A DNA stretch of 51,190 bases from Neophaeotheca triangularis (GCA_054600435.1 BAAIJX010000095.1:1-51190); one strand, 5' to 3'. Shown: positions 23,917 to 35,666, numbered from the stretch's first letter. Program-made: numbers and translations. The notes: generated by a model from the sequence alone, not told the origin.

Positions 23917-24849
23917 GGAGGTGGGGGTGAGGGTGCTTGAGATGCCTCAATTGCATTGAGATTGATGCAGTGGCTTGGAGCTCAACTCATGGACCTGCTG
24001 GACCGCGTTGGCTTGGAATTGCTTTTACCTTGAGAATACTTGTTCTGGAGACATCTGGCATGATGCTTTGGCATGCTTTTCTAAACACCTCTTCGAGCGC
24101 GAGCATTTGCGTACTTTGTGCCCTGGACATAGCATAGCGTACATACCCCTGAATTTGACTGTTGCATGAGTTTGGTGATTCTGAAGACATCTGTTTCTCT
24201 TCTACCACCCTAGGTGCTCAGGCGTGGGTTGAACGAGGTGTGCCAACAACCAACGGCAGACCTACGGTAGGAACTCACCATTGTGAAATTGTGAAGTTTG
24301 GGCCGCAAGTGTACGTACCTACATGTAGCTAAAAGGGGGTTCCAGGGTTGCCCGTTGTACGAAGCTTCAAGCAGCAAGCGATGGCAATGGAAGAACATAT
24401 CACCGCGCCGATGCAGCATGGACCCAGACGAGAAGAGACGAGACTTCGTTCCTTCAAGCTCGTCAGCAGCATCGGGCTTTCGACATCAGTCGACAGAAAT
24501 CATCACCAATTCTTGCGTCGATCGACAACAATGTCTCTGTCTCTTCGCCATTATTGCCGCCGTCGCCTCATACTAGATTGGAGCGCGGGGCACGTGCTCA
24601 CCTCGCAGTCGGCGAGCCCTCTTTGGTCACGATTCCAGCGCATACTGCATACACCCACTCACTCTACCTCTATGCCCACGGTAAGCGAGAAGATGCCGTG
24701 TACATGTTTCCTTGGTCTACCTCATTTCATTCCGTGTCTGCTTTACTCACTCCTGCACACACCTTGGAGAAAACATGTGCCTTTGATTGGGTGAGGAGTG
24801 TGTCCCGACTATACGCTCAGACCTCACAGTATACCAGCGCACGCCCATA

Positions 24850-27135
24850 ATGGCCGAGAGACACGGCGACTACCCTTCGCCCTCGGGCCACGACACTCAG
24901 CATCCCTTCTACCAGGAACTTCGCGACGCTGTCCGCTCACAGCAGGATGACCATGATGAGGGCACCCAAGAACCTGCTCCGTCGAGCCATCACCAAGTAC
25001 CCGACGATCCTCAATTGCGCGCAAACCTCGCCAGCATGATGGGCAACATGGGCGCCAACTTTGGAAGCTTCGGTTCAGTGCAGCACAGTGAAGCTTTCGA
25101 TAACACCAATGATACCAACAACGAACTGCCTCCAGACTCGATAGCCTACCGACAGACCAGCGATTCCCCTGCTGGACCACCTGCTCAGCCCAAGAACCCA
25201 GACAAGCGCACCAAAACCTCGAGGGCATGCGACGAGTGTCGTAGGAAGAAGATAAGATGTGATGCTGTGGACGAGAACTCTGATATGCCGTGCACAAATT
25301 GCGCAAGGACGGGCGCGAGTTGTGTGTTCAATCGGCAACCTATGAAGCGGGGGCCGAGTAAAGGTTATATCAAAGAGCTGGCCGAGCGTTTGAATAGCTT
25401 GGAACAGCAAGTACAGCCTCCACATTTGCAGCAACAACATGAGTACGAGATACAACGGGTGCAGCAGGCTATGGCTGCGGAGACTGGCGGGCAGGTGCAT
25501 ATTGCGCCGAATAATGGCATGGATCCGAGGGTTGGGGATAAGAGACCGTATGCTGCCATGGATGGTTATCAGCATGCGCGAAACGAACATGGTGCACCTT
25601 GGGGCAGTGCGAACGCTCCGCAACCTCAGCAATCTGTGGGCAGAGCGGCGCAACCGAATTTCCAGACACAGGATGCAACGAGACCCTTCTGGAGGCATGG
25701 TGGACCAAGCACACGCCCGGAACCTCAAAGCTTACCTGCTAGCAGTGCGACTGGTAATACTGTTGCGGTGGAGAATTACGAATGGGACGACGAAGTGATT
25801 GACGAGTATTATCGACTAATCCATCAAACCTTTCCCCTTTTGCCGAGCAACAAGAACCGCCTTCGACAACGGCTGGCAGACTGTCCAACCTCCCTGAGAA
25901 AAGGTTTCTTGACCGCTCTAGACTGTCTCATGCGTACCTTCCCGACTACAAACCTCCCAGCGAACGAGAACTACTCCGCCGCCATCAAGAGTGCCGCTGA
26001 ACTGCTTGCTCGGTACCCATTTGATAACCCAAGCTCCCACACCAATGCCACCAACCTCGTGTACCTCCAAACTTTGCTGCTCATGGCTCTCGAAAGCGAT
26101 AATCACGGTCCTGCAACGATACGAGGCCAAGCTGGACCTTCACGAGCAGAGTGGTTAGGGCGTGCTGCTGGTGTTGCTGGTCATCTCGAGATCAACATCC
26201 TTCACAATGGCAGCCAGAGTATGCTAGAAGGGGATCGTGACAGTGAAGAGCGTTTGGCCCGGCGAGTGTGGTGGGTGCTCTTTATCCTTGACCGCTGGCA
26301 TGCCTCCTCGACCGCGGATCTCCTCAAGCTCCCCGAGAACAGCGTCGTCTTGCTTCCCGAAGATCAAATTCTTCTGGGCGAGTCCACTTACCATCTTGCC
26401 CGCCTATCCTTCATCATCGGCCACCTCGCTGCCATCCTCACAACCACAAAAACTCCCTCTACCGATGTCATGGCACCGTCAAACCCCGCGTCCTCCCTTC
26501 TCGGCCTCACGCTTGCAGGGGAAATTGACCGCTTCCGCGAATCCGTAGAATCCGTCTGGGGCTCACTTAACCTGGTACATCTCTCCTACCACCACTGCCA
26601 CTTACTTATCAAACGCCTCTCCCCGACAACCGAACCCACCGAAGTCGTAGGCCACGCGGTCAAAGTCGCCATGGTTCTCAACTCTCGCCAGACACCCGTA
26701 ACACCCCTCAACCACCACTTCGGCGCTCTCGCGGCAATGACGCTCTGCGAGCTCTGCGACATCCCCAAGACTCGCTCGGAAGCGCTCAAGGGGCTGGAGA
26801 ACATGGTCGAATGTCTTTCGCAGAATCGCGGGTTGGCGGGGAAGCAGGAGAGTGAGGGGTGGGACGGGGCTGTGAGAAAGTTGGTTGAGGGGAAAAAGAA
26901 GAAGCTGCTGGAGAGTGCGGGTGGGTTGGAGCTTGTGGCTTTGGACTCCGCGGGGAGGGAGAGGGCAGATTTACGCAGTCTTGCTGACGCGGCTGTGGGA
27001 AGTGGGGTGGGTGGTGCTGGTATTGGAACGGCCGGGGCTGGGATGCGTGACGAGGAGTTTCGGTTTGATGCGGTGGGCTTGACGCGGTATGGATATCTGA
27101 CTGCGCTTGGGCAGGGGAGATTCAAGAGTGGTTGA
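24850..27135 (+). CDS. Zn(II)2Cys6 transcription factor with fungal TF middle-homology region (Rgt1-like DNA-binding domain)
   Basis: RACDECRRKKIRC...CTNC...CVFNRQPMKRGPSKGYIKEL; RRVWWVLFILDRW motif. Confidence 0.9.
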   Translation: MAERHGDYPSPSGHDTQHPFYQELRDAVRSQQDDHDEGTQEPAPSSHHQVPDDPQLRANLASMMGNMGANFGSFGSVQHSEAFDNTNDTNNELPPDSIAYRQTSDSPAGPPAQPKNPDKRTKTSRACDECRRKKIRCDAVDENSDMPCTNCARTGASCVFNRQPMKRGPSKGYIKELAERLNSLEQQVQPPHLQQQHEYEIQRVQQAMAAETGGQVHIAPNNGMDPRVGDKRPYAAMDGYQHARNEHGAPWGSANAPQPQQSVGRAAQPNFQTQDATRPFWRHGGPSTRPEPQSLPASSATGNTVAVENYEWDDEVIDEYYRLIHQTFPLLPSNKNRLRQRLADCPTSLRKGFLTALDCLMRTFPTTNLPANENYSAAIKSAAELLARYPFDNPSSHTNATNLVYLQTLLLMALESDNHGPATIRGQAGPSRAEWLGRAAGVAGHLEINILHNGSQSMLEGDRDSEERLARRVWWVLFILDRWHASSTADLLKLPENSVVLLPEDQILLGESTYHLARLSFIIGHLAAILTTTKTPSTDVMAPSNPASSLLGLTLAGEIDRFRESVESVWGSLNLVHLSYHHCHLLIKRLSPTTEPTEVVGHAVKVAMVLNSRQTPVTPLNHHFGALAAMTLCELCDIPKTRSEALKGLENMVECLSQNRGLAGKQESEGWDGAVRKLVEGKKKKLLESAGGLELVALDSAGRERADLRSLADAAVGSGVGGAGIGTAGAGMRDEEFRFDAVGLTRYGYLTALGQGRFKSG

Positions 27136-28499
27136 AGTCATGGGTATGGTTGTTGATACCGGTGCTGCTGTCCTCGGCGAGGGTATCATAATTAGTAGAG
27201 TGCCATACTGGCGGACATGGCTGACCGGTTGCTGTAGCCCGCCCACGAAGCCTGGCGTTAACGATTAATATTTACGGATAGGCGGCCGCGAAACAGTCGG
27301 CAGCTGGAATGTTCGAAAGCGCCGCTCTTCCTGGCTGCTTTGGCAATGAGAGTACGAATAACACGATTGAAAAATAAAAAGTGATGGCTCCTCCCGGCTA
27401 TTGGCTATCTGTCTTGTTCCCCATATTTGGAAGTACCATCGCCAGGACCTCGCAAGATGCATGCCGGATGCCTAACGATCTCAGCAATCTTCCGCTCTGT
27501 GAAAGCCCAGGCGCTGCACTCTTACGGTACAAGCACTACCCTCCGTCGCTGCCCCGGCTGCCTCGAGCTGTCTACTATCCCAGTGTTACTCCTTGCCGGG
27601 AGCCCCATGTATCGTGGGGATAATCTCAAAATGCATGCCTCTAAGCCCTCATCTTCTGCTCTCCGGTCAATGTCGTTCGCCTTCCCTATTCTGGGCATAA
27701 GGCAAGTGTCCACCACAACAAGCGTAGGTGCCCTTGCAAATCTCTTCTCATTCGGCTGCGAAGCATACCTTGGATTTGCTTTTCTTCCGGCATCTTACTC
27801 TTGGTCTCTGGATGGCGTACCTTTCCCAACCATACTGTCTCTCCTACCAGCATAGGAACACACAACAGCGCTTCTTACCACCGAGGCAACCATATAGACC
27901 ACATGCAGCACACCGAGCGCAGCGCATACAAATCTCTTCATAGCTCCAACGACCTCGCAAGTGCTGGCACTGTTGTTGCAGCGCCTTCCCTGAAGGCTGT
28001 GCTGTGTATTTTCTATACCGCAGCTGCCCCTGCCAAGACATCAACATCAGTACACAGTCACGCGCGCGCGCCAGGAGAGCAAGTCCACTTGAAAAACCTC
28101 ACCTAGATTGATGAAACTTTGGGATAACCTCACCTCGACAACCTTACTTGAGAGAAGGATACCTACCACAGAAACACCATCCACCTACATACCAACGACC
28201 AACACACCATCGACACTTACCATCGACAGCCATTCCACAGCGATAACATCCAAAGCGATCAGTATTCCTCAAACATCACCACCAAACCTCCAATACAACT
28301 CCCATCTCGAATACTCCAGGCAACCCCAAACAGCATCAACGACATCAGCACCACCATCCCCGGCGCCTAACCACCATCAACAATCCTGCCATTCTCCAAT
28401 ACAACTCCTATCTTCAAACCTCCACCAGCGCAGCCGCAACAACAACAACCCCTACAAACCTCCAATACATTTCCACTCTCCGGCAACCAGACCACCAAA

Positions 28500-29411
28500 A
28501 TGTGCCGCCCCTACGCCTTCTTCTACAACTGCGACCACTACAGCCACACGAAGCTCAGGCGCTGCCTCCTCTCCCTCCACTACCGCGACGGCGCAATCTG
28601 CGCCCCCATCGACCCTCCTGGCCTCGACCTCGAAATCCCAGCGCCTTGCCAGACTTGCGGTGGGCGCGGCTACATCGCCGAGCTGGACGCGTACATGGCG
28701 GTCGCGAGCGGTGAGGAAGTGATGGTTGTGGACGATGGCGTCGAGGCTACGGCCGAGGAAGACGAGTTCCGCGCCGAAGAGACGCTGTTGGCGGAGGATA
28801 TGGAGATGGAGGTTGATGGGGCCGAGGGCGAGGGCGAGGGGGAGTCCGAGGGTGAAGATGGGGACGGGGATGTCGGCATGGCTGAGGCCGGCGAGGGTAT
28901 CTCTACTCTTCCGGGCGTACTTCACCGCACTATCGCTAACCGCAATTCCCGAGACTACGGTCCCGGCGAGCCCGCCACCACCGACGAGGGCCCCTCCGAC
29001 GACTCCGACGAAGGAGAAAACGAGGAAGAAACCCTCGATCCCCGCGCCGCTGGCAGTGAGTCCGCTCCCGCCTCCGGCTGCTTAACCCTCCCAGCTAACG
29101 TGCTAGCCCTCTTCGGCCGCGTGACTCGCGGTCGCGAAGCCCTGGTCGAAGTTCTGCGCGGCGAACTCCGCCTGCAAGCGCCTGAGTTCGCGGCCGTTAT
29201 CGACCCGCTGCTGCTCGCGTACGACCGCGAGAACGCTCGGAGGCGCAATCGTGGCCGCGAGGAGCTGGATCTGCGGGCTTTGGAGGAGGAGGTTGGGGTT
29301 TTGGAGATGTTGGGGCGGAGGGAGGAGGGGGTCGAGGCTGCTGCTGAGGTTGTGGGGGGGAGAAGGGGGGTGGGGAGGAGTATGGTGCTTGCTGATCGGA
29401 CGAAGAAGTGA
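28500..29411 (+). CDS. Hypothetical protein, N-terminal Cys/His cluster followed by acidic region, 303 aa
   Basis: Good start context (caaaATG), gene-like codon skew, MC-x8-C-x-H-x8-C-x11-C-x15-CxxC; no family recognised. Confidence 0.65.
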   Translation: MCRPYAFFYNCDHYSHTKLRRCLLSLHYRDGAICAPIDPPGLDLEIPAPCQTCGGRGYIAELDAYMAVASGEEVMVVDDGVEATAEEDEFRAEETLLAEDMEMEVDGAEGEGEGESEGEDGDGDVGMAEAGEGISTLPGVLHRTIANRNSRDYGPGEPATTDEGPSDDSDEGENEEETLDPRAAGSESAPASGCLTLPANVLALFGRVTRGREALVEVLRGELRLQAPEFAAVIDPLLLAYDRENARRRNRGREELDLRALEEEVGVLEMLGRREEGVEAAAEVVGGRRGVGRSMVLADRTKK

Positions 29412-29750
29412 AGGGGGGGCTAGCTTGGGGGGTGTTGGGGTGGCGAGTAGATAGGCTAAGATTTTTTTGCCTCGTGCTCGCGGCGAGTTACGGTTTCGAA
29501 TGATATGGAGACGTCTTGGTCAGATCTGGGTTACTGGGCTATGAACTGGCCTGGTGTGAAGACCAAGAGCTACACCGTCAGGTACATACGGACGCCGGGA
29601 GGACAGGTTTACTTGAGCGGTCGTGCCCTGGCGTGTTTAAGCTCGAGTAGTATCAAGTACCAGTAAGATCATCTGGCCGACCAAATCAGTAGCATATTCA
29701 CCACTGTAAAGTAAGAAGAACACACATGCACTCCTAAAACATGACCCCCC

Positions 29751-30497
29751 TCAACCATCCCTATAAAACTTCCCCAACTCAGTCAATTTGCCCTCCCCAT
29801 CCAACATCCTCGCACTCTTGCCCACAGTCCCACAATCCCGCATAGCCCCAAACCAAGCATACCGCTCCACCCACTCCAACCCATCCAAATACTTACAAGC
29901 ATCCCTCGCAAAAGCCAAAACATGACCCTGCTCAAGCGGACTCTCGGGATTCCAATTCGTCGGCGCAAACTCGGTAATCCACACGGGCCTATCGGGACCC
30001 AGCTGATGATACGTCGACCAGATGTAATCGTAAAACTGGCCCAGCGTCTCGCCGTACCAGTGGAAACAGTAGAAATCGACATCGGAGCCCTGTTGGCGGA
30101 CGACTTGCAAAAAGTGCTTGAGCCAGGCCACGCCTTGCGGGGCCGAGGAAATGCCCGGCGAGCCAGCGCGCACGCCCTGTTGGCGCAGCGGCTCGATGAC
30201 CCGGAGCCATTCTCTCGCTGCCAGGTCGACGGGCATGTTGGATTGGTCGGGGAGTTCGGGTTCGTTGAAGCCGAGGAGGGTTTTGGCGCCGCTGGTGGAG
30301 AGTTTGGAGGGCAGCGCGTCCATGTTGACGTGGTTCCATTGCATCGGGCTGAAGGAGAGGGAGCTTGCGTTTGGTGTGGCGTCTGGAGACCAGTTGTAGA
30401 GCCAGCTTACTTTGCTGCCGGGTTTGGTGAAGGTGTGCACGGGGTCGGTTGCGTGGTTGTCGGTTGGCCAGCAGAGGCCGCGTTTGGTCGGGGCCAT
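29751..30497 (-). CDS. GH128 (Asl1-like) beta-1,3-glucanase catalytic domain, ~248 aa, no signal peptide; probable 5'UTR intron 30715-30545
   Basis: KRGLCW, SWLYNWS, PMQW, LLGFNEPE (acid/base), FHWYG, PVWITEFA (nucleophile), VERYAWFG. Confidence 0.88.
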   Translation of the reverse strand: MAPTKRGLCWPTDNHATDPVHTFTKPGSKVSWLYNWSPDATPNASSLSFSPMQWNHVNMDALPSKLSTSGAKTLLGFNEPELPDQSNMPVDLAAREWLRVIEPLRQQGVRAGSPGISSAPQGVAWLKHFLQVVRQQGSDVDFYCFHWYGETLGQFYDYIWSTYHQLGPDRPVWITEFAPTNWNPESPLEQGHVLAFARDACKYLDGLEWVERYAWFGAMRDCGTVGKSARMLDGEGKLTELGKFYRDG

Positions 30498-31094
30498 GAT
30501 TTGGTTTGTGAGGGTTTGAGGGTGTCGGGGGTTTTGACACGGGTCTAGCCAATTTGCGAGGAGAAGGGTTAGTTGGATTGTTGGTGAGTACTTCATGCGG
30601 GTGTTGTTGAAGGCTTGGCGCCGCGTGGATGGATTGCTTTAATGATTAGGCAGGCAGCGGCGATGTGTGACGGACAAACTTGAGCACGAAATCGAACGTA
30701 TATACAAATCCTTACCAAGGCTGGAATATCAATCAGATGGTCGTTTCCAACGAGTGGCAGGAATACAAAGAATGGGAAAGGTAGTGGTTCCCGTCGCTTT
30801 GAAGTGAGGTTGATCGAATCGCCAAGAGAGATACCGATTCGTCCGCCAGCTGAAGCGCTAACGGATGGCTGGGGCCCTGACACTCGACGACTTCCACATT
30901 GTCGGCACGCAGGAGTCAGGTGGGGCGTTCCTTGCCCCGCGCGAGAGTTAGGGTATAGATGACGTCTACCAAAAAGTCCCACACCACCCGACCAACAGTG
31001 GCAACCTGACCAGTCCAAACAAACCACAACCACTACACCTCTCGCAAAACCCACTCACCCATCAAAAACCAAAACACATAAAAGCAAAGATCCC

Positions 31095-31916
31095 ATGCGC
31101 CTCCCCAGCTACCGCGCCTTCGTCTCCAGCCTCTACGCCTTCAGCAGCAGCACTTTCGCTCGCAGCAGCAGCATCAACCCCATAGCCTCCTCGTCGTCCC
31201 CAGCTCTCGGACGAACTACCAGCACTGCTCTACGCAGTTCCATGCCCCTGCCATTCCTCGGCGCCCTATTCAGCACAGCCGAAAGCCGGAAAATGTCGTA
31301 TCCCGTACAGAAGAGTGATGACGAGTGGCAAGCGCAGTTGAGCAAAGGTGAGCTTATTACCTACGCACCTTTTATAATCCAAACGAGTCGGGATAGTGGT
31401 GGCGGGCCACCTTGATGGGCACGCGCCTCTTCCGACACACGGCGCATGGTGGGAAACGAACATCACCAACACGCAACGCCTTGCCAACGAAAAAAAAACA
31501 ATTAAAAGAAATTAAATAGCTAACCCCTCAACCCCCCGTCGTGAACAGACCAATTCCGCATCCTCCGCGAGAAAGGCACGGAGCCGCCGTTCACGGGCGC
31601 CTACGACAAGCACGCGCCGACGAGCGGAACCTACACGTGTGCGGGCTGCGACGCACCCCTCTACACGGCCGAGCACAAGTTCAAATCCGGTTGCGGTTGG
31701 CCGGCCTTTTTCGACGCCGTGCCCGGCGCCGTGACGCGGCACACGGATAGCACCTTTGGCATGGAGCGGATCGAGATTGTCTGCTCCAATTGCGGCGGGC
31801 ATTTGGGACATGTCTTCAAGGGCGAGGGCTATCCCACGCCGACGGATGAGAGGCATTGTGTTAATAGTGTTAGTTTGAGGTTTGGCAAGGGGGAGGGGGG
31901 TGAGTCCAAGGCTTGA
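31095..31916 (+). CDS. msrB: Peptide methionine-R-sulfoxide reductase MsrB, ~206 aa with presequence; exons 31095-31347, 31549-31916
   Basis: KSDDEWQAQLSK|DQFRILREKGTE, Zn ligands CAGC and CSNC, SGCGWPAF, GHLGHVF, catalytic RHCVNS. Confidence 0.95.
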
Positions 31917-32023
31917 GAGCTTGATTGATGGGGGTTTGGGGTTATAGATGGGAATGTGTACTATCTTTGTTCTTTTGTTCTTTCCCTTCTTTTTCTTCTT
32001 CTTCTTGCTACAGGCTACGATTA

Positions 32024-33759
32024 CTACTTTTGTATGGCTTCGCCGACATACTTGGCCAGCGCAATCATCTTCTCTTCTTGCAGTCTCCGGCCCACCAGCT
32101 GCACGCTCACGTGGGCGCCGTCGTAAATTTCCGGGTCGTCTGCGTAGGGAAGCAAGGTCAGCACGGCAGACATTATTTCGCAAGCAAGTGGGGAGCAAAC
32201 TCACAAAGGTCCTGATTCTTCTGATCCGTCTCATCCACGGCCTTGAAGCCCTCGACCTTCTTGTCCACATTCTTGTCCACAGTCGTAACCGGTACGACCA
32301 CGCTCGAGTAATCCAACACATTCACAAAAGTCGAGTAGTTGTAGTACAGATACCCTTGCGGTCTCGCGGCTGCAAAAGGCGCCAGAGGCGAAATGACGGC
32401 GTCGACGGCCCGCCCGGTGCCTGTGAGCTTCGTCGTGGAATTCCAATACTCCATGTACTCCTTTTGAGCCTCGCGCTGGGCAATATTCCACTTCATAATC
32501 TCCGTGGCGTTGGCCTGGGGGTTCTTCATCACGAGAGCTTGAGGGGCGGCTGGCTCGCCTGACAGTTCGAGGTCTTTGCTGCAGTCCGCGCCGCCGTCGA
32601 AACCCCAGATTGCCAGGCAGATCTCTCCCAAGCGGGTGTGAGAGGGTGTCGGGTTCCAGTCTATGACTTTGTGGCCCAGTTTTTCGACGGTCTTGACCAC
32701 GATGTCGACGGCGCGGGAGACGGGGGGGTGGGGAGCGCAGCCTCCGTCGTGGCGGTGGACGCCGAAGCATAGTTGGCCGCTTTTGCCATTGGCGAAGTCG
32801 AGGACGGATTGCTCGGCTTCGGAGCGCCAGGGGATTTCGTGGACGAGCGGGTCGTGGAGCCATGGGCTCTTGCTGAGGAGCGCTTCTATGACGAGTTTCA
32901 GAGCTCCGGGTGTGGGTGCGAGTGGGCCGACGACGGATAAGATGCTGTTTTGGCCGTCCATGCTGTTGGCCATGCCTTCGTAGGGGAGTCTGCCTGCTGA
33001 GGGACGGATACCGTAGAGACCGTTGAAGGCGGCTGGAATACGAATGGAACCACCAATGTCCGTGCCAAAACCCACTGGGCTGCCTCGCAAACTCATCAAG
33101 GCACCCTCGCCGCCGGAGCTGCCGCCAGAGGAGAGGTTGCGGTTCTTTGGGTTTTGCGTGTAGCCGATGATGTTATTGATAGTCTCACCGCACATCAGAG
33201 TATGAGGGACGCTCGTCTTGCAGTAGAAGATTGCTCCCAGCCAGCCTAGCTCTTTGACCATTTCCGACTCGTAAGTCTTGTATCGCGAATCGCCTTTGTT
33301 GCCCTGAAACGTGCCAATCCATCCGACATATCCCATGCTCGTCTCCACGCCCTTGACATGGAACTGATCTTTCAAACTGATTGGCAATCCGTGAAGAGGA
33401 CCGGTAGGCTTCTTGTGCTCGGCATAGAATTTGTCGAGCTTTTCGGCGTTGGCAATCGCTTGATCGAAGAAGATCTCGTGCAGACAGTTGACGAGCTGGT
33501 GAGCGATGGCGGCTCGGTGACAGAAGGCTTTGGCTACTTCTACTGCAGTCCATTTTCCGGAGCAAGTCTGCTTGACGATGCCCACGGCATCTGTTTCTGT
33601 GATGTCAATTTCTTTCTTGTCGAGGAATTGCTGGATGTATGGTCCGGTGACATCGCGCTGTTCTTCTGGCGAGGGTATCTTTTCTAGACGCCATTCTTTG
33701 GGGATGGATTCGTTGACTGCATTTGCTTTGACCTGGGCCGTCTCTTTCCAGTCAGGCAT
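32024..33759 (-). CDS. Acetamidase-type amidase (AmdS family), ~556 aa; exons 33759-32205, 32139-32024
   Basis: GPLHGLPISLKD, GGSSGGEGAL, GFGTDIGGSIRIPAAFNG; the last intron restores the typical ending Y|DPEIYDGAHVSVQLVGRRLQEEK. Confidence 0.93.
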
Positions 33760-33903
33760 GGTGGCGAGTGTGAGGAAGTGGGAGTATTAGAGAGGTGCAT
33801 ACAAGTATGTCAAGTTAGTGTGAGTTGTACCTCAGCTCTCCGTTTCCATTACCTTCCTATCAAGGGAGTTGGCGGGGCAGAGGTGTTGTCATTGAGCAAG
33901 AAA

Positions 33904-33960
33904 GCCGGTTCCGGCGTCGGAAGATGATAACGATTGATGAGATGAGATAAGATAAGATAA
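33904..33960. promoter_or_regulatory. GATAA array (AreA/NIT2-type sites) plus GCCGG-TT-CCGGC inverted repeat upstream of amidase
   Basis: GATAA at 33926, 33946, 33951, 33956; inverted CGG element at 33904-33915; ~150-200 bp upstream of the amidase ATG. Confidence 0.55.
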
Positions 33961-34566
33961 TCATGGCGAGGGCGACGTTCTTTGTCAGCATTCCTCTACC
34001 TCCCACTTCGCCAACCACACACACCCGGGACCTTTCCTTTCATTTTCGATTCCCAAGTAAAAAGAGAAGGAAGACGAAAACTCCCTACTATCACCACATC
34101 AGACTGTCATTGTCTGAACCGTTGCAACTGTCGACGTGAAGAAAAGAAGAAGCACATCTTCGCCTCCTCATCACAGCAGCCCAGGCCAGACGTAAGGTAT
34201 ATCGGAAGTTTGGATGCACCTGACGAAAACGAAGTACACGCGCCAAACAAAGGAAGACGGCGATACAGTACAGTACATACCTACCTTGATGTAGGCAAGG
34301 GGTCATGGTGCCACAAATGGATCCATCCTATTGACTGCCTTTACCTCCTACCGTTCATTACTACTCCCCTCCCCCTCCACTACTATTCTCATAAACGACT
34401 CGTTTCCACTCTAGTCACCTTTCCAATTCCTTCTATAATCTCATCAATCATCTTTAACCCTCTATATACCACCGCATGGTTACATCTCGCCACGTTCCCT
34501 TTGAGGCTAACATTCCCACTCTGTATTTCTAGCAAATAATTTGCATCTCTCCTAATCACCATCAAC

Positions 34567-35666
34567 ATGGCAACGTCTTCATTCTTCGACTTCTTCGCCG
34601 GCATCTTATTCGGCCTAGCTCTATTCGCCTCTGGTGTCTACCAACCACAAATCATCCTCTCGCAGCTACGGCTTGACTCATTCCATGTGGTCACGACGAT
34701 GCTAGGGGCCAGCGCTTCAACAGCGTGAGTATCTCACTGTACGCAAGAGATCAGCACCCCAGATCTAATCATCGATATCATAGCCTTGTTCTATACGCCG
34801 CCGATCGCACCAACTTTGTAATCGTAAAACCTCCACCGCCATCGCAGTACGGCTTCTTCGCTTATGATGGAAACGTCATCGGAGGAGCGCTTATTGGACT
34901 GGGAATGGCCTTCACTGGAGCCTGCCCTGGCACTGCTCTAGTCCAAGCTGGCGTGGGTTTGAAGAGTGGCATGATAGTCACACTGGGCGGCTTGGGAGGA
35001 GGGCTTGCGTTTTCCATGCTGCGACCGTTGATGTTGCAAAAGCCAGAGACACCCTTTGCCAAAGCTGAAGTAATGATCGCCAACCTCCAGCCTATTGAAA
35101 CCCCCACCCTCGCCAGCCTTTTAGGCGTTGATCCCGGAACAGTTCTCGCCCTATGGATCCCCTTCTGCCTGACAATCATCTACTTAACCGTCACCTTCGA
35201 CTCCTCCCTCAGCTCGATCGGCAACGCTCAAGTCATGATCGCACCTCTTTACAGCGGCATCACCATCGGTCTCGCCCAAGCGTCCAGCCTCCTATTAAAC
35301 CGCCATGCCATCGGCGTCTCGGGAGCATACGCAGACATCGGCAATTGGATCACGCAATACCTGCCTGGCTGCGCCTCGGGAGCAAAATGCCTAATCACGC
35401 CCGCAGTGACTTTTGCGATTGGCATGACTGCTGGCGCCGCTGTTCTGGGTCGGGTGGTCTTTCCTAACCTCGTTGCTAGCGATCCTACACAAGTGGATGC
35501 AGTAAGGGCGCTAGGCGGAGGTTTCGCAATGATACTCGGTGCGCGGATCGCAGGGGGTTGTACGAGTGGCCATGCTATTACTGGGATGGCGTCGTTTGGG
35601 CTCGCTAGCTTTGTCACTACTGGAGCCATGTTCGCTGCTGGGATTGTCGGTGCCGCAGTCTTGTAG
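34567..35666 (+). CDS. YeeE/YedE family (thiosulfate/sulfur transport) membrane protein, ~346 aa; exons 34567-34724, 34784-35666
   Basis: Multi-TM; GILFGLALFASGV, IGGALIGLGMAFTGACPGT, GGFAMILGARIAGGCTSGHAITG are YeeE/YedE Cys motifs. Confidence 0.88.
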
